Shown here: piece after piece, positions 18,249 to 24,000 of the stretch
Layout of the letters: every line of letters starts with the position of its first letter
Position numbering within the stretch: position 1 is the stretch's first letter
NCBI GenBank assembly: GCA_902705835.1
Contig: CACSIN010000029.1
Span: 18,328-42,327, forward strand
Direction of reading: 5' to 3'
Origin: BD1-7 clade bacterium
GTDB taxonomy: Bacteria; Pseudomonadota; Gammaproteobacteria; Pseudomonadales; DT-91
DNA: 24,000 bases
Translations under genes and position numbers: made by a program
Notes under the pieces: generated by a model
Databases searched by the model: none
The model's input: only the letters and a program-made list of their open reading frames with translations
What the model was told of the DNA's origin: nothing

Positions 18249-18464
18249 ATGCCAACTGTAAAGATCAAAGAAAGTGAGCCATTTGACGTAGCACTGCGTC
18301 GCTTCAAACGTTCTTGTGAAAAAGCAGGTATCCTTGCGGAAGTTCGTCGTCGTGAGTTTTACGAGAAGCCGACTTCTGTACGTAAACGTAAAGCAGCAGC
18401 CGCTGTTAAGCGTCACATGAAAAAAGTGGCTCGCGAAAACCGTCGCATGCAGCGCCTGTACTAA
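18249..18464 (+). CDS. rpsU: 30S ribosomal protein S21
   Basis: 71 aa; [42 protein letters not shown] is almost identical to E. coli S21. AAAGG lies 7 nt upstream of the ATG. Confidence 0.98.
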   Translation: MPTVKIKESEPFDVALRRFKRSCEKAGILAEVRRREFYEKPTSVRKRKAAAAVKRHMKKVARENRRMQRLY

Positions 18465-18629
18465 GCTAGCGCTTCGAACGGATTTCGACGGATCGTTAAA
18501 GCGATCCACCCAGTACCCGCCATACGAGCACAAACAGCATAAAAAACGGATAGTTTCTATTCATACTATCCAGTGCTTATTAGCGATACCGTTTGGCAAG
18601 TACTGAGAAAACTGAAAACTGCAGGCGGT

Positions 18630-18653
18630 CGCTTTTACCAAAGCGCCGTTTTT
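18630..18653 (+). terminator. Weak hairpin plus U-tract between rpsU and yqeY; possible partial terminator/attenuator
   Basis: CGCTTT (18630-18635), loop TACC, AAAGCG (18640-18645), then CCGTTTTTGC. The stem is short (6 bp), so it would be a leaky terminator at best. E. coli has an internal terminator after rpsU. Confidence 0.3.
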
Positions 18654-18683
18654 GCATGTTTTACTCTCATCAGGAGACACTGC

Positions 18684-19133
18684 GTGAGCATCATCAAAGA
18701 TACCATCAAAGCCGCCATGAAAGAGGCTATGCGAGCCAAAGAGAAAGAACGTCTCTCTACCATTCGCATGATTCAAGCCGAATTCAAACGCATTGAGGTT
18801 GATGAACGCATTGAGATTGATGACGAACGTGTTCTGGTTGTCTTAGACAAAATGTCTAAGCAGCGTCGTGATTCTATGTCCCAGTTTCAAGATGCTGGTC
18901 GTGATGAACTCGCAGCAAAAGAACAAGCCGATTTGGATGTTATCCAAAGCTTCCTTCCTGCACAGCTCACGGCTGACGAGATTGATCAGATCGTTGCTCA
19001 GGCAATTACCGATAGTGGTGCAGCATCCATGCAAGACATGGGTAAAGTGATGGCAATTGTCAAACCACAGATTCAGGGTCGCGCAGATGCCGGTGCTGTC
19101 AGTGGTATTGTTAAAGCCAAGCTCAACGCCTAA
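18684..19133 (+). CDS. yqeY: GatB/YqeY domain-containing protein
   Basis: 149 aa from the GTG at 18684, with AGGAGA 6 nt upstream. The sequence SIIKDTIKAAMKEAMRAKEKERLSTIRMIQAEFKR...GKVMAIVKPQIQGRADAGAVSGIVKAKL matches the YqeY family pattern. It occupies the same position between rpsU and dnaG as in Pseudomonas. The track ORF (from 18573) adds 37 unlikely residues. Confidence 0.85.
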   Translation: MSIIKDTIKAAMKEAMRAKEKERLSTIRMIQAEFKRIEVDERIEIDDERVLVVLDKMSKQRRDSMSQFQDAGRDELAAKEQADLDVIQSFLPAQLTADEIDQIVAQAITDSGAASMQDMGKVMAIVKPQIQGRADAGAVSGIVKAKLNA

Positions 19134-19188
19134 TATCAACTGCCCCAAAGCCCCTCGATAAGCTTCAACAAAGCGTTATACTGTGCCC

Positions 19189-21045
19189 ATGGCTGGCAGA
19201 ATCCCCCAATCTTTTATCGACAACCTCCTTGAGCGCACCGACTTGGTGGAGCTTATTGACGGCCGCGTAAAACTGAAAAAAACTGGGCGAAACTACAGCG
19301 CCTGCTGCCCATTCCACGACGAAAAAACGCCTTCTTTCAGCGTTAACCCCGACAAACAGTTCTACTACTGTTTTGGCTGTGGCGCTGGCGGCAATGCTCT
19401 CAGTTTTGTCATGGAATACGACCGACTGGACTTTATCGAAGCCATCGAGCAACTGGCCAAAGCCCAGAATATCGACATCCCGCGCGACGCCCCCACTGAC
19501 GAGCAACAAACCTACACCAAAAGTAAAAACTCGATTTACGACCTGCTCGAGCAAGCCAACCAATGGTATCAACAGCAACTAATGCACCACGGCGAAAAGC
19601 TAAAGGTTGTTGAATACCTCAAAGACCGCGGACTCAACGGTGAAATCTGCAAAGAATTCGAGGTTGGGTTTGCACCGCCAGGCTGGCGCAATCTAAAAAC
19701 AGCACTAGCAACAGACGACACCCGCCTTGAGCACCTCATTGAAGGTGGCATGCTGATCGAAAAAGAAGGTAGCGACAAAGCTGCTGACAGCTACGACCGT
19801 TTTCGTGACCGCCTAATATTTCCCATTCGCGACAACCGCGGGCGAACTATCGGCTTTGGTGGTCGCGTTTTTGGTGACGAAAAACCCAAGTACCTGAATT
19901 CTCCCGAGACACCGGTTTTTCATAAAAACCACGAACTGTACGGCCTATATCAAGCTCGCCAAAGCAATCGCCACCTGCAGCGCCTGATCATGGTCGAAGG
20001 CTATATGGATGTTATCGGCCTTGCCCAGCACGGCATACGTTGCGCCGTTGCCACACTCGGCACCGCAGCCGGCACCACACACATGGAAAAGGTCTTCCGC
20101 CACACCTCAGAAGTGGTCTTTTGCTTCGACGGCGACGACGCTGGCAAAAAAGCCGCCGACCGCGCTCTGGATGCCGTACTGCCATTTATGCAAGCCGGCC
20201 GCCAGGCACGCTTTCTGTTTCTTCCCGATGGTGAAGATCCAGACACCATGGTACGCAAACATGGCAACACACACTTTGAACACCTGATAGAACGCTGTGA
20301 AACGCTCTCTGAATACCTCTTCAGCAAAGCCTCACGCAACTTGGATATGGGGCGAGCCGACGACAGAGCCCAGCTGATCAATCAACTGATGCCGGCGATC
20401 AAATCGATGCCACCAGGCACCTACCGCGAACTCGTGCTGCGCAGTATCAGCGAGAAAACCGGTCTGCCAATCGACGATCTCAAAGACCTCGAGGCCATTG
20501 ATCGTCCAACAGCCCCCCCAAAACACACACCCGATCAATACTCAGACAAACATACAAATAAACCGGCCTATACTGCGCCGAAATCTCGTAGCCGATTGCC
20601 CGTCAGCAAACGCCGGGTAACCCGCAACCCTGTGCGTGTAGCTTCCAGCTTACTCCTGCTGAATCCACAATTAATTCAAGCGCTGCCTGGCGACTTTAGT
20701 TTTGCCGAATCCGATGTAAACCACGCCGATCTTGAGCTATTACTGACCATGATTAGCCAATTACGCGCCAATACCGACACCAGTAGCTCAACCCTAATTG
20801 GCCAAAGCCTCGCGAAAAACGCCGACCTAACCAGCCAGTTACTCGCACTGGAACACCACGGCGATGAAGATGAGCACTTAATACAAGAATTTACCGAAGC
20901 GATCGAGTGTATCAACGATCAATATCAACGCGAGAAATCCGCCGCCATTATTGAAAACACGAAACTAAATCCAAAACTGACGCTCAATGATATGAGCGCA
21001 GAAGAGCGTGCCAACTGGCTAAAAATCTTTGACCGTAGCGTCTAA
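19189..21045 (+). CDS. dnaG: DNA primase
   Basis: MAGRIPQSFIDNLLERTDLVELIDGRVKLKKTGRNYSACCPFHDEKTPSFSV (zinc-ribbon CCPFH...CFGCG), closely parallel to the E. coli DnaG N terminus. It has TOPRIM motifs EGYMDV and DGDDAGKKAA. The track start at the GTG at 19183 is 2 codons upstream of the family-consistent ATG at 19189. Confidence 0.96.
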   Translation: MAGRIPQSFIDNLLERTDLVELIDGRVKLKKTGRNYSACCPFHDEKTPSFSVNPDKQFYYCFGCGAGGNALSFVMEYDRLDFIEAIEQLAKAQNIDIPRDAPTDEQQTYTKSKNSIYDLLEQANQWYQQQLMHHGEKLKVVEYLKDRGLNGEICKEFEVGFAPPGWRNLKTALATDDTRLEHLIEGGMLIEKEGSDKAADSYDRFRDRLIFPIRDNRGRTIGFGGRVFGDEKPKYLNSPETPVFHKNHELYGLYQARQSNRHLQRLIMVEGYMDVIGLAQHGIRCAVATLGTAAGTTHMEKVFRHTSEVVFCFDGDDAGKKAADRALDAVLPFMQAGRQARFLFLPDGEDPDTMVRKHGNTHFEHLIERCETLSEYLFSKASRNLDMGRADDRAQLINQLMPAIKSMPPGTYRELVLRSISEKTGLPIDDLKDLEAIDRPTAPPKHTPDQYSDKHTNKPAYTAPKSRSRLPVSKRRVTRNPVRVASSLLLLNPQLIQALPGDFSFAESDVNHADLELLLTMISQLRANTDTSSSTLIGQSLAKNADLTSQLLALEHHGDEDEHLIQEFTEAIECINDQYQREKSAAIIENTKLNPKLTLNDMSAEERANWLKIFDRSV

Positions 21046-21245
21046 GAAGTCACCTGTCGTAGTACGCCTCCCTACGTAAACCCATGAAACATCAAGTTTT
21101 TCTGTAAATTCAACATCTGACAGGCGTAAATCAACCGATTATCAAGATACCCTGAGCGATCACGCTTTCGGCCAGAAACTTTTGCCTCCCCACATGCTCA
21201 ATATGTCGGCAAGCCGGTTAGTTATGGATGCCTAGTTTATCCATG

Positions 21246-21254
21246 TGTTATAAT
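21246..21254 (+). promoter_or_regulatory. Candidate extended -10 promoter for rpoD in the dnaG-rpoD spacer
   Basis: TGTTATAAT (TGnTATAAT) at 21246-21254, ~43 nt upstream of the rpoD ATG. There is no good -35, which extended -10 promoters tolerate. It is flanked by the inverted repeat ATGGAT...ATCCAT (21225-21244). Confidence 0.4.
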
Positions 21255-21296
21255 GGCGGGCTAACTTGTTAATCCCTCAACGAAGTTGATACTCAA

Positions 21297-23105
21297 ATGC
21301 CGGAAAAAGTACAACAACAGTCACGTATTAAAGAGCTTATCGCACGAGGTAAGGAGCAAGGCTATCTGACCTACTCTGAGGTTAATGATCACCTGCCGGA
21401 AGATATTTCTGAGCCGGATCAGGTTGAAGATATCATCCAAATGATTAACGACATGGGCATTCAGGTCGTTGAAACTGCACCGGATGCAGATCAGGTGCTG
21501 ATGGAAGAAGGCGATTCTACTACCGATGACATCGCCGCCGCTGAAGCCGCCGCCGCACTTGCTGCTGTTGAAACCGATATCGGCCGCACTACCGACCCAG
21601 TTCGCATGTACATGCGCGAAATGGGTACTGTTGAGTTATTGACCCGCGAAGGCGAAATCGCCATCGCCAAACGTATTGAAGAAGGCACCCGGGATCTTCT
21701 GCACGCACTGGCAGCATACCCTGGCACCGTCGGCACAGTTATCGCCGCTTACGACCGCATTGAAACTGAAGAAGCTCGACTGGAAGACATCCTTATTGGC
21801 TACCTTGACCCTGCCGAAGTAGTTGCAGAAGCCAAACCGCAAGGGTTCAGCGAACAATCCGACGACGATGATGATGACGATGAAGCATCCTCAGGACCGG
21901 ATCCAGAAGAAGCGGCAGCGCGCTTTAAAAGCCTGCGCAAGCAGCTTGAAAAAGCTGACGCAGCTATGGAAAAAGGCGGTCGTTACGACAAAAAAACCAA
22001 AACAGAACTCAGCAAGCTGGGTGACCTGTTCAAGTTTTTCAAACTTACACCCAAAACTATCGATCCGCTGATCAGCAAAGTACGTGAACAGCTGAATGCT
22101 ATCCGTGCCTGTGAAAAACAGATCATGGATCTCGTTATCAAACGCGCTCGCATGCCACGTAAAGCTTTCATCGGTAGTTTTATTGATAATGAATCCAACC
22201 TCACCTGGATTGAAGGCATTATCAAAACTGGTCCATCCTACAAAGCAGGATTGGAAATGGTTGCTGACGACGTTATGCGCATCCAGCGCAAGATCATCAG
22301 CATCGAGAATGATACAAGCCTGTCGATTTCTGATATCAAAGACATCAACCGCCGCATGTCATTGGGTGAAGCACGCGCACGTCGCGCCAAAAAAGAAATG
22401 GTCGAAGCCAACTTACGTCTGGTTATCTCCATCGCCAAAAAATACACCAACCGTGGCCTGCAGTTCCTCGATCTGATTCAAGAAGGCAACATCGGCCTGA
22501 TGAAAGCCGTCGACAAATTTGAATACCGTCGCGGTTATAAGTTCTCAACCTACGCAACCTGGTGGATCCGTCAAGCAATCACCCGCTCGATTGCCGACCA
22601 GGCCAGAACCATTCGTATTCCGGTTCATATGATTGAAACGATCAACAAACTGAATCGCGTATCACGCCAAATGCTTCAGGAAATGGGCCGAGAGCCAACC
22701 CCTGAAGAACTCGGCGAACGCCTAGATATGCCAGAAGATAAAGTACGTAAAGTCCTGAAAATCGCCAAAGAACCTATCTCCATGGAAACCCCCATCGGGG
22801 ACGATGAAGATTCGCACTTAGGTGATTTTATCGAAGACAACACCATTACGCTTCCGGTAGATTCTGCAACATCACAAAGCCTGCAAGATGCAACAACAGA
22901 AGTGTTAGCAGGCCTGACCGCACGCGAAGCCAAAGTGCTACGTATGCGTTTCGGTATCAACATGAATACCGATCACACGCTGGAAGAAGTCGGCAAGCAG
23001 TTCGACGTAACGCGTGAGCGTATTCGCCAGATCGAAGCAAAAGCACTGAGAAAACTGCGTCACCCAACGCGCTCAGATCACCTGCGCAGCTTCATCGAGG
23101 AATAA
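21297..23105 (+). CDS. rpoD: RNA polymerase primary sigma factor (sigma-70)
   Basis: 602 aa with region 2 ([27 protein letters not shown]), region 4.2 ([30 protein letters not shown]) and the acidic non-conserved insert (SDDDDDDE) typical of group-1 sigma factors. Confidence 0.98.
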   Translation: MPEKVQQQSRIKELIARGKEQGYLTYSEVNDHLPEDISEPDQVEDIIQMINDMGIQVVETAPDADQVLMEEGDSTTDDIAAAEAAAALAAVETDIGRTTDPVRMYMREMGTVELLTREGEIAIAKRIEEGTRDLLHALAAYPGTVGTVIAAYDRIETEEARLEDILIGYLDPAEVVAEAKPQGFSEQSDDDDDDDEASSGPDPEEAAARFKSLRKQLEKADAAMEKGGRYDKKTKTELSKLGDLFKFFKLTPKTIDPLISKVREQLNAIRACEKQIMDLVIKRARMPRKAFIGSFIDNESNLTWIEGIIKTGPSYKAGLEMVADDVMRIQRKIISIENDTSLSISDIKDINRRMSLGEARARRAKKEMVEANLRLVISIAKKYTNRGLQFLDLIQEGNIGLMKAVDKFEYRRGYKFSTYATWWIRQAITRSIADQARTIRIPVHMIETINKLNRVSRQMLQEMGREPTPEELGERLDMPEDKVRKVLKIAKEPISMETPIGDDEDSHLGDFIEDNTITLPVDSATSQSLQDATTEVLAGLTAREAKVLRMRFGINMNTDHTLEEVGKQFDVTRERIRQIEAKALRKLRHPTRSDHLRSFIEE

Positions 23106-23115
23106 AATTCTCTGC

Positions 23116-23143
23116 AAAAAACCAGCCTTAGCGCTGGTTTTTT
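23116..23143. terminator. Rho-independent terminator after rpoD (A-tract/hairpin/T-tract, bidirectional in form)
   Basis: AAAAAACCAGC (23116-23126), loop CTTAGC, GCTGGTTTTTT (23133-23143), starting 11 nt after the rpoD stop. Confidence 0.75.
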
Positions 23144-23204
23144 CGTAGTGGCTATCAAATAATCAGGGGATACTTTTAATCAGCATATACCGGACAACGT
23201 CTAT

Positions 23205-24000
23205 ATGATGGATTTAATCCAAACCATAAACCCCATTGTCTGGGGTCCCCTGATGCTTCTCCTCATTCTCGGTACCGGCCTCTATCTCAGCATAGGCCTG
23301 CGGGGGATGACCATCACTCAACTCCCCTCTGCGCTCAAAAGCCTCCTGTCAAAAAGCAGTGACAAATCTTCCGAAGGTGAAATCTCCCCCTTTCGGGCAT
23401 TAATGACCTCATTGTCTGCCACCATTGGTACCGGTAACATTGCCGGCGTCGGCACAGCCATTGCCATTGGCGGCCCCGGAGCGTTGGTATGGATGTGGAT
23501 AACCGCTGTTGTTGGTATGGCAACCAAGTACGCCGAAGCGGTACTCGCAGTGAACTACCGCGAAGTTAACCACAGTGGTGAGCACATTGGCGGGCCCATG
23601 TACTACATCAAAAATGGCCTTGGTAAAAAGTGGAACTGGCTGGCATTTGCCTTCGCATTTTTTGGCTCTATCGCTGCGTTTGGTATCGGTAACTCGGTAC
23701 AAGCGAACTCCATCGCAGATGGCCTCGAGCACACATTCAACGTTCCGCCCTATATCACCGGCGTCGTAATGATGCTGGTTGTTGGCGCAGTGGTATTAGG
23801 CGGCGTCAAACGTATTGCCGCCTTTGCCGGCAGGCTAGTTCCCGTGATGGGCATCGCTTATCTGCTTTGCGGGTTATACGTATTGGCAATAGAGTTTCAT
23901 CAGATTCCCGCTGCGTTTAGCCTGATCATCAACAGCGCCCTCAACGGCCATGCAGCTGCCGGTGGCTTTGCCGGTGCGACAGTCATGCAAGCGATACAAA
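23205..24000 (+). CDS. Alanine/glycine:cation (sodium) symporter, AGCS family; N-terminal ~265 codons, truncated by the right window edge
   Basis: Not in the ORF track because no stop lies in the window. Manual translation from ATGATG (23205/23208) gives MMDLIQTINPIVWGPLMLLLILGTGLYLS...GEISPFRALMTSLSATIGTGNIAGVGTAIAIGGPGALVWMW...GGPMYYIKNGLG... with no stops. SPFxAL...TxGTGNIAGV is the AGCS signature, and there are multiple hydrophobic helices. Confidence 0.9.
   Translation, partial: MMDLIQTINPIVWGPLMLLLILGTGLYLSIGLRGMTITQLPSALKSLLSKSSDKSSEGEISPFRALMTSLSATIGTGNIAGVGTAIAIGGPGALVWMWITAVVGMATKYAEAVLAVNYREVNHSGEHIGGPMYYIKNGLGKKWNWLAFAFAFFGSIAAFGIGNSVQANSIADGLEHTFNVPPYITGVVMMLVVGAVVLGGVKRIAAFAGRLVPVMGIAYLLCGLYVLAIEFHQIPAAFSLIINSALNGHAAAGGFAGATVMQAIQ

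Noticed and set aside
18177-18533. 118-aa minus-strand ORF covering rpsU
   Set aside because: It is antisense to an unmistakable S21 gene. The product is Cys/Phe-rich with no motifs, which is typical of a shadow ORF.
18608-18621. Tandem AAAACTG AAAACTG duplication in the rpsU-yqeY spacer
   Set aside because: Only two copies of a 7-mer in AT-rich DNA. This is not a repeat array and has no evident function.
19165-20381. Minus-strand ORFs 19165-19578 (137 aa) and 20001-20381 (126 aa) inside dnaG
   Set aside because: They are antisense to dnaG, whose zinc-finger and TOPRIM motifs are clear. The products are low-complexity.
22096-22476. 126-aa plus-strand alternative-frame ORF inside rpoD
   Set aside because: It is out of frame within the strongly conserved sigma-70 coding sequence, and there is no independent start signal.
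23318-23769. Short ORFs on both strands at 23318-23769
   Set aside because: All lie inside the manually translated AGCS symporter frame, in antisense or alternative frames.
1-24000. Expectation of a novel defence, mobile or accessory system somewhere in the window
   Set aside because: Every ORF over 120 aa that is not an antisense shadow carries motifs of a universally conserved housekeeping family, and the order matches a well-known conserved neighbourhood. I saw no integrase, transposase or recombinase, no tRNA attachment site, no direct repeats flanking an island, no CRISPR-like periodic repeats, and no multi-gene block of unknown function. Claiming a new system here would be unsupported.

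Overview
This window is a densely packed housekeeping (core-genome) region of a gammaproteobacterium. I found no convincing evidence of a novel or accessory system. The gene order matches the conserved Pseudomonas/Oceanospirillales-type neighbourhood, and nearly every long ORF has a recognisable family motif. Minus strand, left half: trpC (cut by the window edge), trpD, trpG, trpE, a ~660 nt gap, then gph, rpe, murU, amgK. Plus strand: the envelope/ribosome-maturation cluster lptD-surA-pdxA-rsmA(ksgA)-apaG-apaH, then cca. Minus strand: folK, folB, tsaD. Divergent from tsaD on the plus strand is the macromolecular-synthesis operon rpsU-yqeY-dnaG-rpoD, followed by an alanine/glycine:cation symporter gene cut by the right edge. 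Genes are tightly spaced, with several 1-4 nt overlaps. I saw no transposase, integrase, tRNA/rRNA gene, CRISPR array, phage or defence-type gene, or repeat family. The two edge-truncated genes (trpC, symporter) are missing from the ORF track, and I found them by translating the sequence by hand. Several track ORFs are over-extended at the N terminus (trpG, gph, cca, tsaD, yqeY, dnaG); I give corrected starts for these. The only stretch not explained by conserved genes is the AT-rich 3680-4339 spacer. It holds a Shine-Dalgarno-preceded 42-codon membrane-peptide ORF, a possible upstream 50-codon partner ORF, a hairpin terminator and a possible trpE leader. All of these are low-confidence and modest in interest. 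The other findings are regulatory-scale observations (promoters, hairpins, palindromes), some no better than chance expectation, and I say so where that applies.
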